A DNA stretch of 44,154 bases. It comes from Blastocystis sp. subtype 4 (taxonomy: Eukaryota). The stretch spans positions 1 through 44,154 of the forward strand of contig NW_014569490.1 in assembly GCF_000743755.1 (NCBI RefSeq), read 5' to 3'. Each line of letters starts with the position of its first letter. The stretch's first letter is position 1. Of the stretch, positions 25,427 through 38,787 are shown one piece after another. Under the pieces are notes generated by a model. It ran no database searches. It had not been told where the DNA came from and saw nothing but the letters and a program-made list of their open reading frames with translations. Position numbers and translations under genes: made by a program.

Positions 25427-26513
25427 ATGCCTGTAGATTGCTGAAGACTGGTTTTATCCTCTAGTACGATTATTCGTCGTGGAAGGGAAAGAATGTGATC
25501 TCTGTTAAGGACTTCACAAAGCAGAATGTGGAGGAGGTTCTGGCTGTTGCCACTCGTATGAAGGAGCTCGTTGCGAAGAAAGGCGGCTGCGACGTTTTGG
25601 ATGCATGTTTTGGTTTGGGATCTTAGATTTAGCATCGCGTCATGGCCAATGTCTTTTTGGAGCCTTCGACGCGTACTGCTTCATCGTTCAATGCTGCCTT
25701 CTCCAGACTTGGAGGAAAAGTGATTACGATCCAGGAAGGAACGTCATCGACTAAGAAAGGAGAGACACTCCAGGACACGATGAGATGTGTAGAGTGCTAC
25801 TCTGACGTTTTAGTACTTCGTCATCCTGAAACAGGTGCTGCCAAGTTGGCTGCCAAGTTTGTGAAGAAGCCTTGTAATGTAAATTGGTTCATTTGAGACA
25901 TTAGTGATCAATGCCGGTGATGGAGCAGGCGAACATCCATCCCAAGCCCTTTTAGACATGTACAATTGATGTAAGGATATTACAAAGGTTCACAATCTTC
26001 AATGAACTTGGTCATCTCGATAATATCGTGGTGACTATGGTTGGTGATCTGAAGTATGGTCGTACGGTTCATTCTCTTTCGTACCTTCTCGGCTTCTACA
26101 ACGTGAAGTTGAACTATGTAGCTCCTGAGAGTCTTCAGATGCCTCAAGCCTTTGTTGACGATCTTGCCAGTCGCGGAGTGAAGCAAGAGAAGAGCGAACA
26201 ACTTACAGATGCGATCCTGAAGGAAACAGACATCCTGTATGTGACACGTATCCAACAGGAGCGTTTTGCTACACAAGAAGAGTATTTGAAGTACAAGGGG
26301 GTTTATGTGATTGATAAGATGACCGTTCTGAAGGGAAAGGAGACAATGCGTGTGATGCATCCTCTACCTCGCGTAGGAGAGATTCTGGAGGAGGTTGATG
26401 AAATGCCTCAAGCTGCCTTCTTCCGAGAAATGGAAAATGGCATGTATACTCGGATGGCTCTTATTTCGCTTGTCACGGGTACTGCCAACGCTGTGTTTGA
26501 GATTGAACTCTAA
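25427..26513 (+). CDS. pyrB: Aspartate carbamoyltransferase catalytic subunit
   Basis: FLEPSTRT, GEHPSQALLD, VGDLKYGRTVHSL, MHPLPR motifs. Confidence 0.93.
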
Positions 26514-26578
26514 TTACTTCTCTACTTCTTTAAGACTTAACTTCTGTTTAATTGAACACATTTTCTGAATTCCTAAGT

Positions 26579-27655
26579 ATGCTGTATCCTCTACGTTATG
26601 TACGGAGGAGACTACTTGTCGCTGCTGCAAAGAAACGGTTAGCTCAGGAGAGACAGTTGAATTTGGACAAAACCAAAAAATCAAACGAGAACTCGTCTAC
26701 GAAGCATGTCTCGTTCAGTGGAAAACTTGCAGTTTGTAGTTTTGATCAATCGGTGAGTCAAGTATCGCTAGATCACATGTAGACACCTCCTATTGCTTCG
26801 ATAATACGTCGACCAAGTCGAATCAACGACGTATTGTTTATAAGAAGGAGTGATTCTTAGTTGACCAATCAAGCACTTAAAGCAGAAGCAGACCGTTTGA
26901 ATCTTACGTATACTGGGAAGAGAATTGATTCTGTGAAGCAGGAAATCATGAGTATGTGGAAGGATGACATGCGAACGAAACTGATGAGTATGGGGATTGA
27001 ACATAGTGATATCGATGATGAGACGATCGAATCATTTTACAATTTTGTGCTTTCGATCAAGTACACACATAATGACATTCTTATTCGAAGACGTTCAACA
27101 GATCTGGTCATGGCAGGAGAAAGTCTCATTCCGCAAATAATGACAAACAAGGAATTGCACGCGTTTATGGCTTCCCATGCTCTCAACCTCAAGTATAATG
27201 CTAGTCGTGAAGCGTGTATTCAGGCTGTGGAGACCTACATGGTGGAACATTTGATCCGTACTGAATTGAGAGAAACTAATAGATAGCTGTGGATAGCATG
27301 ACTGGTGACTTGTCCAGAAGACATCTCTCTGCTGTGGATGTATTCAATGTAAAGTATCCATTTTGTTCATCAACTATGCTTCGCTCCATTCTGAAGACTC
27401 ATCAGATTGATCCTCCCAAGTAGAAATAAGGATGTTTGATACCTTAGAACTCTTGCTCAACGACGTCAGTGTGTGATTGAATTGATAGATAAAGAATTGA
27501 AAGAAGAGTTTTTAGATGTAATGGTGAAGTTGCTGGAACAGTGCTTACATTTCTATGGAGTTCAAGGAACAAGTTCAGATCCAAACATACTACTTCGACA
27601 ATTATATACAACAAAACTCCAGAATCATGAAGTCATTTTAGAAGAAACAGATTAA
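26579..27655 (+). CDS. Hypothetical protein with SAP/HeH-like helical repeats
   Basis: ORF pieces joined by ~30-nt introns. LTNQALKAEADRLNL and MTNKELHAFMASHAL resemble SAP/LEM-type motifs. TGTTTATT at 27662. Confidence 0.5.
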
Positions 27656-27681
27656 TCCATTGTTTATTCCAATACACTCTC

Positions 27682-29586
27682 TTAGATCTTATCCAACGTC
27701 ACAATTCCCAACAGATCGAATCCCTGTCTCATCACACGCTCTGCAATTGCAATCAATAACAGACGACTATTCTGTTCTGGAGTTCCAATCACACGGCAAT
27801 CACGATAGAATCCATTCAACTTGATACTCAGATCGTAGATATACTTGCAGATACGATTAGGCATGAGATCATTTGGTACTTGCTCCAAAACATCACTGAA
27901 ACGCAGGATGAAACAAGCCAAATCCCATTCTGAAGGATGTTCCAATGTGATCGTCGTGTGCTCCTTCAGTGATTCCACATCCTCAGGAGCCTTTCGCAGA
28001 ATCGACATACAGCGAGCATGAGAATACTGTAAGTACACATTCGTATCACCATCAGGAGACAACATACGATCGAAGTTAAATACATAATCACTCACACGAT
28101 TCTGACGCAAATCAAAGTACTTCACACCTCCGTATCCCAGCTGTGCTGCTGATTCCTACTTCTCAGCATTTGCTCTCATCACTCACTTCAATCTCATTCT
28201 CATTCTCCAGACTGCTAACTCCATCAGCCACACGTTGCTTCATGATGGCGGTAGCACGTTCACGGGCCTCATCCAGAAGATCTACCAAACGAACACTCTT
28301 GCCTGCTCGAGTCTTGAATTTCTTCTTGTCCTCTCCCTGTACGACTCCGAAGCCTACATGGTCCAAACGGACATCTCCAACCCAACCGGCCTCACGAGCT
28401 GCTTCGAATACTTGCTGGAAGTGCAGAGCCTGGCCAGAATCAACCACATAGATGAGCCAATCAGCCTTCAGCTCCTGGATACGATACTTCAAAGCAGTCA
28501 TATCTGTGCCATCATATCCAAAGCCACCATCCTTCTTCTGAATGATGAGCGGAGCATCAAATCCCTTTGGGAACAGAACCTTTGCTCCATTGCTACTGTC
28601 ATTATTCCCATCTCAATCTTACTCTTCCTTCAAAAGACCCTTCTCATCGAGTTCCTTCACCATCTGAGGGAGTAAGGGATTGTAGAATGATTCGCCCATC
28701 ATCTTCAGACGAGGATCCACATTCAGCATCTTATACACCTTACTGAACAGTCGTTCCGAAGCACTGCAAAGCATTTTCCACATCCGAATATTCTTCTCCT
28801 TTCCACTCTGCAGATTCACTACTTCTTGATGGGCACGATCACGGAAGGCCTCATCCTCATCAAACTTTTGCTTTGCCTGCTTGTAGAATACGGTCAGATC
28901 TTCAATCGAGGGAGGGTTATTCTCAAAATCGGGAGAAATGTCCTCCAAATGAGCAATCAACATGCCAAACTGAGTGCCCCAATCACCCACGTGGTTAATA
29001 CGAAGTACTTCATGACCACAGAACTCGAGGACACGCGATAAACAGTCACCAATGATCGTAGAACGGAGATGACCAACATGCATATCCTTAGCAATGTTAG
29101 GGGAACTGTAGTCAACAACCACACGCTTGCGCTCTACAGGGGGAGGAATACAACCACGGAAGAGAATCTTCTTGACACTTTCCGAGACCCATTCCTTCTT
29201 CAGATACATGTTAATGAAGCCGGGACCAGCCATCTCAACCTTCTCGATCATAGAACTGGCTACAAATCAAGTCGAAGCACCATCGCTACTAGGCATGTTG
29301 TCAATGATCTTCTGAGCACACTCACGAGGATTCTTGGGAGCATTGTCCTTTCCCAATTTGGCCTGGAGTTTCTTACACAAACCCATAGCTGCATTACACT
29401 GATAGTCATGCTTCATTTTCAGATTCGTATTCTGAGCGACCTAAAACATCACCTCCTTTCAACAGGATCATGTACCAGTGTTTCTGCAGGTGTAATCGCA
29501 ATCTCAGGGAAAGCTGCAGCAATCGCCTTCGAAAAAAGAAGGGTGACGCTGGAGATCAGGGACATTCCTTCGACTATTTCAGCCAT
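27682..29586 (-). CDS. RARS1: Arginyl-tRNA synthetase, cytosolic
   Basis: [54 protein letters not shown] (DALR domain). Confidence 0.95.
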
Positions 29587-29783
29587 CGTATTCTTTGCTT
29601 TTCTGCGTTTTCATGAACAAAAGAAAAACGCGGTTATTTTTGGAGGACTATTAGGAATGGTATTAGGAGTAATGAGAAGCGGTGTTGATTTGAATGGTGT
29701 ATTGACAAAGAAAAACAATACTTCATGGGTTTGCTAGTCCACGAATAGTATATCAAACAATATAATAACGAATATTCTTTCCA

Positions 29784-30066
29784 TTATCCACAATGAGGAG
29801 GATGGATTACTTTAAAATCACCATCACCTTCGGTCATGACAAAAACACGTTGAAAGTCCAGATCACGGGTCATCCGGTCACCCTACATCACTAAATTGAC
29901 AACATGACATGTACAGGTTTCACTTGTTGAACATGGCAGTCTGGTCTATCTCGGAGGATCATCGTTTTTGCTTCCTCAAAAGGCAGATTGACAACTTCTG
30001 GCCATCTAGGGGATCATGAATCCAACAAGGGAATCACGCATTCTTCATATCTTTCATCGGGTTCAT
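29784..30066 (-). CDS. Potato type I serine protease inhibitor (family I13), 72 aa
   Basis: Exons 30066-30038, 30005-29915 and 29882-29784 (two 32-nt introns) give MNPMKDMKNAWPEVVNLPFEEAKTMILRDRPDCHVQQVKPGDRMTRDLDFQRVFVMTEGDGDFKVIHPPHCG, matching the WPE...T-x-D...RV...P..G signature. Confidence 0.85.
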
Positions 30067-30350
30067 TACTCAGAATAGTATAATACTTTATTGTAAGAAG
30101 AATAGAAAAGAAGACAAGAATAGGGTCTTCTATAGTTTAAACTACCCAAATTCATGGTAGTTTAATGCTCTATTATGGTCCTAATACTCTCGAATTGTTT
30201 TTGGCGAAATGAACAGCTCACAGAAAAACCGACTGGCCTTGTTTTCGTAATATCAAAGTATGTACTTGTAGAAAGTAGTTTGTTTGGGAAGTCTGGGAGC
30301 TGAGAATGTGGAGTTGTGTTTTGTTGTGCTGGTGCTCATATTTTTGATAG

Positions 30351-30811
30351 ATGTCCACTGAAGTAGTTTGGAATGTCATCAAGAACCACAGTGCTTTCAT
30401 GAAGAAGCAGAAGCAGGGTTGCAAGATCACCATGTTCTCGACTGACAACATGAACGTTTTGAATGCTTACACGTATGGTTCAGAGACTCTGGAGTGATAT
30501 CTAGTCCTAAGCATATGGGAATCTGCCAGAAGCGTGCCGTGGGTGTCAACTGTGAGGGAAAGCACATTATGATGAGCATCAAGTCCACCAAGCACACCAC
30601 CAAGCCCTGCAAGATGGCTAAGAAGGCTCATGTGAAGCGTGCTGCTTCTGTTGCCAAGGAGGTTTGGTCTCTGTCTGACTTTGATTTCTAGGTCTCGAAG
30701 GGATCGTATCGTCCTTCTATGGAGGCTCTTGCTGTTGCTCGTTACAATGTCCTCGATAAGGTTGTTTTGTGGCTGGTACATGATATTTAGGCTCTCCGTC
30801 GTGCTCACTAA
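30351..30811 (+). CDS. RPL28: 60S ribosomal protein eL28
   Basis: MSTEVVWNVIKNHSAFMKK...FSTD...SYRPSMEALAVARY; three short introns; TGTTTGTT at 30850. Confidence 0.88.
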
Positions 30812-30891
30812 GCAGTTTATGTCGTTGTTACGAGAACAAGTGGTCTTCTTGTTTGTTATAGAAACAATCATTGTTTGCTTAGTACTGTTCG

Positions 30892-32350
30892 CTACTTAAC
30901 TGCTGTTATACACATACATCGTGGAGACTGTTTTCGATCAAATACACAATCGACTCTACATTGAGCTCCATGCTTTTGCAAATACAATACGCGATCTGCG
31001 ATGATTAGCGATTCGATCAACTGACCAAGGGTATTGTTAAGAACTCATACAAGTATTATTCCATGGATATAGATTCTGTATTACGAAGAACCCAGAGAAT
31101 ATCCGAAATGATCGTTCTGAGTCGCATTCGATCTTCTGAATGACATCTTCAACTCACTCGGATCAGTCAATCCTACCTACGGAAGGCACAGAGGCCTCAG
31201 GATGCTTTGTAGCAAAGTAAGATGTCACATAATCCACAAACGAAGTCTCTCCATACACAAACCGAAGCCGGCCCACAGGGAAACGAATTGCATCTTCTCT
31301 ACAATAAGAACACATATAGAGATTCTAACTCTTCAGGAAAGAACTTACAAATCACCACTTGAAGAAGAGAGCGATAGAAAAGTCGCTGGAGCGTGGCTTT
31401 CAGATCTTCCACTGTATCATACTGGGTGTTCTGGACAATCATATTTCGTGTCCGATGACTCAATACAACCGATACCTCAGGATTCATAGGAAAACCGTAC
31501 ACATCTTCAGCACAATCTTCGCGTGTCGTCAGCAAATTATAGCAACAACCCACAAAGGAGAGAATCTTGCAATGGGAATCAGATTCTGTGAATAGACGAC
31601 ACATAGAGGCAGACAAATCCCCACAACAATGAAGTCCAATAAAACCATAAGAAACAGGAGACTTGAATAAAATGGATTCAAGCGAGTGAGCTTGAAGTTT
31701 ATTGTAGATATTGAAGGCCACCATGTGGAAACGATCAAAGGATTTCTTCGAATTCACTTTCTCAACCAGCTGCAACTGGGTTTCTACTCCGATCACTGTA
31801 TACGAATACCACCTCGCTAGAGACTAGATCATGAGTATCATTTCATAGAATAACCTCCGAAATGTAACCCTGTCCTGCACCAATATCCACAATTGTCTTT
31901 ATTCCTGTAGGCTCCCAAATGGAGTGGATAAAAGGGCATATTTGACGAACTTCATGTGCCTTCTTCTTCTTGACTCCTTGGAGATGGGTTATTGATTGAG
32001 TTTCTCTACCATTGACATCAGCAATCATCCCAACTGTGTGATTTGATGTTTCAGATGAGAAAATATAGACATTTTAGAGAGTGTAGAGCAGAGATTCTGA
32101 AGAAAAGGATGAGAAGAAGAACATTTGTTGTGAATCAACAACGAATAGAGATCCTCCACAGGGAGCTGCAGCAATACCTCTTGAATGTCCTCTGGAATAT
32201 TGTTCTCCGATTTGAACTGCATCCAATCGACCTAAACATGTCCATGATTACTGTACTACATACAAGTGAAGGGTCATAAAAATTGAACATCAACTCATTA
32301 TCGAGAAACTTGTTCAATTCGGTGACATACCTCTTATTTACCCCTTCATT
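30892..32350 (-). CDS. Methyltransferase-like 25/RRNAD1 family (start uncertain)
   Basis: KKKAHEV, IVDIGAGQGYIS, GLHCCGDLS, VGCCYNLL, GFPM, IESLIIADRVLYL...FDRKQSPRC. Confidence 0.82.
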
Positions 32351-32408
32351 CAGTTCCTACTGTTGAGTTGAATCGAGTGTTGACAAATTAAACATTCAGA
32401 TAAACTAA

Positions 32409-33422
32409 CTAAACCAACATATCTCCAATCGCTTCAAATAAACCTTCGGGATTATCAACCTGTAACCAATGGCCAGAATTCTTCACCAACCGAGTGCTAA
32501 ACTGATTCGGAAGATCATTCTCCAGAATCTCCAATCGTTCCACGATATCCTCAGTCCAAAGAATGTTCTGCTCTGCCCTCACTAATCGGATAGAACTGTG
32601 AGGAGGAGGATTCCCAATAACCTCCCAGTAATCTGCTTGTCGATACACCTTTAACATAGCACGAATCGTATCTGTGTTGTAGACAAATTCATAATGATGA
32701 GAGGCATCACGACGAACACTTGTGCTCAGCCAGTCAGCAAGAGCAATGGTTAAACCATTCTTCATCAATTCCGTCTTTAAGTAGGTGTAATTCGGAATTG
32801 GCCGTTTCACTGCATCTACTGCTCGAACTACTTTGTTGATACTATGAATCGATTCTTCATCTTCGATAGGGCCAATCATTGACTGGAATAAAGGATTTCA
32901 ATAATAGATGACCATGGATATGTCTAGAACAATTGCCTTCTTTGGCAGCTCTTCTGGAGGATGCTGTTTCATCATCTCCAAAACGACTTTGCCTCCAAAC
33001 GAATGACCAATAATCGTATCTACTTGCAGATGATGATTCTGGAGAGTGGTATAAACACTCTGTGCAATTAACTCCATCGACATGGAGCCGTCACATGCAG
33101 GAGAATCTCCATGACTTGGTAAATCCATTGTAATGTACTGAATGTAAGAAAAGACACAAAACTATGTACATTTGAATTGTGTAGACGGGAATTCACTCTA
33201 TTCAGAATAGACATCCTCTAAAACATACAATTTCACAAAGTTACCCCAATTCCGACGATTACCCATAATACCATGAAGGAACAGGACATTTCTAGGAGCA
33301 TGATTATCAATAATGGATAGGGCCAAATCTGGGCATGTAGAAAACAATCTCACTAACCATCATCACTCCCATTCCCATTTACAAGTAGAAACGGTACTAT
33401 TTCGAGCAGTTGCTTGTAGCAT
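32409..33422 (-). CDS. Alpha/beta hydrolase, ABHD11-like (start uncertain)
   Basis: FLHGIMGNRRNW, DLPSHGDS, GHSFGG nucleophile elbow, SGHWLQVDNP. Confidence 0.82.
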
Positions 33423-33457
33423 CAGCGTTGAGAATAAAAACAAACAGAAAAGGAAAG

Positions 33458-35514
33458 TCAAATGGGATTGTCAAACGAAAAGGGGAAACACAACGAATCA
33501 TCCTTTTGAAAGATTTCACTATTATTGAATGATACATTATCTGACTTTGACTTGGTCGGCGCAGGTAGTACTGGACTCAGAGGAGGCAGACTGAATCCTG
33601 TTTGGATGCTATTTGTTTCAGGTTGAATCATTCGAGAGAATAAATTTGATAACTTGCTATTCATATCAGGTAACATCTTATCGAAACGTCCCCGACTTCG
33701 AGTATCCTTCACTGTGTCAAACCGTGGGGGTGATAATAGTATCGCTGGATTGAATAGAGTGGCAGATGTGGGAAGGCGTGGAGTGGAAGGAAGAGGATCT
33801 GATGGGACTTCAGACTTGGCAGAGACTTCAACAAGATTACTTCGATCTCGTTCTAACCATCCATTCGAGTTGAGGATATGAAGATAACTGTCAAAAGTAG
33901 GTCCTGTACTCGTTGTCTCCTTCAAGTCCGTGGTCTGTTCAAGAGGAAGAATCTTCAACGGTTCTTGACCACTGCTATTGAGAAAAGGAAGAGCATCTGT
34001 GAACGAAGTGAGAAGTGAAGGAGGAGCCACACTAGTTCTTATTCTTCTTGTCTAAACTCACCTCATATTCATTTCAATTCCGTCTAATGGACCCGTCAGA
34101 TCTTCTACTGACTTAGCTTTCTTGGAGATTCGTCGTTTGGTTCCTTCTTTCCTGGTTCGACGAGTCCGCTTTCCTTTTCGAGGCTCAGTATCTTCCTTTG
34201 CTGACACAAGATGAAGTGGTTCCTCTAGCTCCATATCTCCTAAGAGATCCCGCTTAAAGACATCCGTCTGAGCCATCCCCACTAGATCTGAGAAATAGGC
34301 AGGATTCTCAGCTATCCATGATTCCAAGGATCAAAGTATACAAGGTATACGAGGAGAGAGGAAGAACGAATGAACTCGTCGTGAATGAGAGACAACACAA
34401 TAACTATACTTTCATTCATCTCCTTGAATACAACTCCACTGTAAGCTTCATTATATCAGTACTACCAGCCATTGCTTGGAGTTGTTCAATGGTATTGGAC
34501 ACGTTGTTCCCATAAGTACGCTACGTTCTCACATATTTATCACATTTACTTCCATCGTTCCATTCTCTGACTTCTCCATTCGATAAGATAGAAGGCTGTT
34601 TGTATTACTCAAAATAGGCACTTTTTCTGGTGGGTTGCGAATACCCTGAACTCGATTTTCAACCCATACACCTGCTGTGCTTGAAGAGGCGATTGCCAGT
34701 CGGAACACTCCTTGAACTCGTTGGCAGAACTTCTCCCACCGACTGCGCAAATGAACGAAAAGAGATCGGACTGTGAGTGTGGGTCGAACAGTAAGCTCCA
34801 GGAGAGGACTGTAGCCATACGATCGTAGGGCGTTGTCCAGAAGATCAGTTGCAGGAACAAGACGAATAACCATGGTCGGGACACGACTCACACGGGGAGG
34901 AAGTTGAAGAGGCTGCAATAGAGATTCTTTTGGTGTATCCTGCTTACCGTTAGCTGTATTTCTAGAAATGAAAAACAGTCACCAGCTCAACTCGGACTCT
35001 TTCTTCGATTCTTCCAATTCCTTCTTTTTTGACTCTTCCAATTTATGTCGTTTATTGATTTTTTCAATACTGTGTCGCAACTTCTCAATGTATCTGGATG
35101 TTAACTTCCAATCGATTCTACTTTTTGCTTTTCATTGTCTTTGCAATGTCATTTCCATTGCGAACAAGAGTAGCATAACTGTTAAAGATGCAAAGCACAT
35201 GCTACATGAAATCACACTAATGTTCACATACATCCTTGTCATCCCAATCTACAAGACTTTGAGCATTTCCGAGATAGCCCTGAATTCGTTTCATCTCCCG
35301 ATAGAAGAATTGGCGTATCTGGGAATTACTACGCGATGGTAGCTAGATAAATAATAGATTTGGACCGATAACTAACCATTTGATGAATGAGAGAATACTT
35401 TCTATAGTGCTTATTGAATGCCTCATAGAATAGTCGTTTCTCTTCCACACTCCAAGGTTTAATCTCTCTCTTTTCCTCCTGCACAGCATGCTTACCAGTT
35501 GAAAGTTTCTCCAT
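33458..35514 (-). CDS. SANT/Myb protein, Cramped (CRAMP1)/TSL-kinase-interacting protein-like
   Basis: WSVEEKRLFYEAFNKH...QIRQFFYR SANT domain, second block IRLVPA...GYSPLLELTV...LFVHLRSRW; TGTTTGTT at 33439-33446 (minus strand). Confidence 0.7.
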
Positions 35515-36250
35515 TGTATGGATACCTTTCAATGGACAACAAGAGTGAGATAAAACAGAAAATGAGATTTGAAAAGGTGGAAAAACCTTTGATTTATGCC
35601 AACTATATTGTGACATACAAAAACAACAATCTGATGTGTATATATGCAGTACTCTATATTGTAGATACATCAGTCTAGAAACCAACTTCAGATCGAAATG
35701 ATTTGATGGTCATTAAGATGTGAATGGTATGAATAATGTTACTTGAGTGCATTGGAGTTATTTTAGAGTGATTCCATCCCTAGATCCATGCTCAATAGGA
35801 GTCTAGTTAATGATGAATGACCATTAACATTCTCTTATGAGCTCTCATTATGGTACAAAGACTGCAGCTTTTATAAACAATGGGGTCATTAAAAAGTGTT
35901 ATCTCTTGATCCATACACTAGATAGAGTGAACTCATATTAGTTTTTCAAAAGAGATAATACCATAGTATGGCAAATTAGTCATAGAATGATCAAGAAAGC
36001 ACATCTTACCATTTTAGAAGACGAGTTGAATGATGCACAAGTCGACCCAAACACAGAACAATAGAAAAGATCCCTTATTTATTAGAATGTAGTTACGGAG
36101 ATGCATTAGACTACGTTCTTGATCATCCATCTGAGTGAATCATCCATATACACAACTCCAATTGTTCTTTCGTACCGAATAATCGATATTTGTGTTGACT
36201 AGAAAGCAGGTGGGAGTTGTCGTCAAGTTCACTTTTCAGTTCATACACAC

Positions 36251-38783
36251 ATGGTATCTGACTCAGCCGAGTCGTATGATGACCCTGATGATAGGAACAC
36301 GGAGGAAGATGCAGAGAAGGAGGCTGACAACTATTCTAGTGTGGAAGCATCCGTAGCGGGTTCGGACGAAGAAGATGCTGCATATGAGATTTGGAAGTCG
36401 AATTCTCAGTATCTTTATGATCTTCTCATCCATCATCACACGCAGTGGCCATGTCTTAGTTGTAGTTGGGGTCCAGTCTCTGACGACAAGAACACATCTT
36501 CTACAGCTCCATTATCTCAGATTCTCTATTCTACGAGTCACACAGGTACTCTGTTCTGATACTCTCCTATCTAGATGGATCATTTACTAGTGATGACCGA
36601 CGGTGGAAGAAGACACCTGAATCGATTAGTACCTCGATGGTCGAACTTACTCGACAACGTGGGACTCAAGCGTGGTTTATTGGCAAGTTTAGCGAATCTC
36701 AAAAGAGTCGCAATATTGTGAATGTTCGGTCTATTATACATCCTGGGATTATCAGTCGTGTATTGTAGTTATCCCTTTTATCCATCGAAATGTAGATCTA
36801 TTCCTCATACAATGTGGATTATATCACATTCAAATCAACAGAATGTGTATTTCTGGAGATCTTGTAATAAAGGTTGTCGTGCAATTCGTGATAATCTGGA
36901 AGCGACAATTCCTGATATAACGTAGATTGTGTGCTTTGAAATGACATATAGATTGGTTGTGAGTGACAATGACAGTTTGGATGATTATCCCCTCGCAGTG
37001 TTCTGTTCTGCCTATACAAATAATGATAAAGAACGGATTTCTCGGATGATCAAAGTGTCTCGACAGGGGAGTGAACTTATCAAATCACGTCGTGATCATC
37101 CTGAAGACCCTGCCCATCGAGAGAGACGTCTTCTAAGAGAACAGTTACGGAGACAGCTTGAGAAGGAGAAGAAGGAAAAACGCCGAATGCGAGAACGTCT
37201 TCGACGTGAACAGAAGAAACGAGAGAGGGATCAACTGAAACAGAAGAAGGGAAAGGATGGATTGGAAGTTCCTGCAAGTACCGAGGAATTGAAGAAGGAG
37301 GAAGTAGTGGATCAGAAGGAGGATGAAATGGTGAATCAGAAGGAGGATGAAATGGTGGATCAGAAGGAAGAAGTAGTGAATCAGATGGAGGATGAAATGG
37401 TGGATCAGAAGGAAGAACTGGTGGATCAGAAGGAAGAAGTAGTGAATCAGATGGAGGATGAAATGGTGGATCAGAAGGAAGAAGTAGTGAATCAGATGGA
37501 GGAAGAACTGGTGAATCAGAAGGAAGAGGAAACAGTGAATCAAATGAATGAAGAAGTAGTGAATCAGATGGAAGAAGAAACAGTGGACCAGAAGGAAGAA
37601 ACAGTGGACCAGAAGGAAGAAGAAACAGTGGACCAGAAGGAAGAAGAAACAGTGGACCAGAAGGAAGAAGAAACAGTGGACCAGAAGGAAGAAAACAGTG
37701 GACCAGAAGGAAGAAGAAACAGTGGACCAGAAGAAGGATCCTGCAGATGAAGAGAAAGTATTGCCAAAGATGGCTCTAATAAAGAAGGGATTGGTGGAGG
37801 TGAAGCAGGAAGTACCTTCTCCTGTAGTGAAGATAGAGAGCGAGACTACCCTTTCTACACCTACCCCTACCAATAATGTTATCGTTCCCACAATCCCCAG
37901 TGCTCCAATGAATCAGAGTCTGGAAGCAGACTGTGTAGTGATGGCTTCGGCTCTTAATCATCTGCATTTATGGGTTCTCCCACACCTGGAACTGATCAAG
38001 ACAAACTATCAGTCCATTATCTTCGATTTGACTCCTTTTGCTCCCACTATTGAGATTCAAGACGTTGCTTTTCTTAATGGATTCGATCGCAAGGGAGGTA
38101 CAGTGGCAGTGGCTGCAAAAAATGGCCTGATTCTGATTCTGGATTGTATAGAACAACGACTCCTCTACAAGGTAGGAATGCAAAGAAAGATTGAGGGATA
38201 GTTGGAGAATGCACATGAGGATGACGTTCATTGTGTGTTGAATATTTGCACCAGTCATGCAGATCCTGTAGCAGTGACGACGAATCTCGACTTCTATCTG
38301 GTGACGGGAGGAGCTGACAAGAAGGTACATGTGTGGGATCTAAGGAAGATGGATGACCCAAAACCGCTGATTACTCTGGAGTTGGATGAAGTGGTATTGT
38401 GTATGGATTACTGTCCTCAGAACCCACGGTATTTGGCTGTGGGAACTGCATCAGGTGAAATAGATCTGTTTGATTTGCTTGCTGTAGAATTGGAGGGTTG
38501 CATGAAGTATAGGATGGAGTAGAAGAGCATCTGGTGTTGCGTCACTTGGGTCATCGGTAGGAATGAGAGAGAGATATGAGGATAAGAACGGCTGTAACGG
38601 ATTTGCATTTCAATCCAGATGAACCTATGACAATTGCATCAACTTCAGATGATAGTGAGACGATTGGAGGAGGAACTGTTGAGATCTGGAGACCTCATGA
38701 AATGGTGTTAGTGGATATTAGTTCAGAAGAAGGGAAGTTGAATCCTATACTCGAAGAATACTCTTCTTATCTAAAGAAGAAAT
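36251..38783 (+). CDS. MSI1/RBBP4-like histone-binding WD40 protein with inserted acidic repeat (apparent frameshift near 37690)
   Basis: YEIWKSNSQYLYDLLIHHHTQWPCLS (CAF1C H4-binding domain), WD repeats LVTGGADKKVHVWDLR and VTDLHFNPDEPMTIASTSDD...VEIWRP. Stop predicted from polyadenylation at T38783. Confidence 0.75.
37298..37735 (+). repeat. Coding minisatellite, 21/24-nt units (V[DN]Q[KM]EEE[T])
   Basis: About 20 tandem copies of gtggatcagaaggaagaa/gaccagaaggaagaagaaacagtg variants. Confidence 0.9.
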
Positions 38784-38787
38784 ACCA

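Noticed and set aside
29069..29737. 222-aa plus-strand ORF
   Set aside because: Antisense to arginyl-tRNA synthetase; no recognisable motifs.
35810..35816. ATGATGA C box suggesting another snoRNA
   Set aside because: No D box or rRNA-complementary guide at a suitable distance.
37298..37735. CRISPR-like array
   Set aside because: Tandem coding repeat with no unique spacers, in a eukaryotic gene.
37145..37891. 248-aa His/Phe/Leu-rich antisense ORF
   Set aside because: Reverse complement of the Glu-rich minisatellite.
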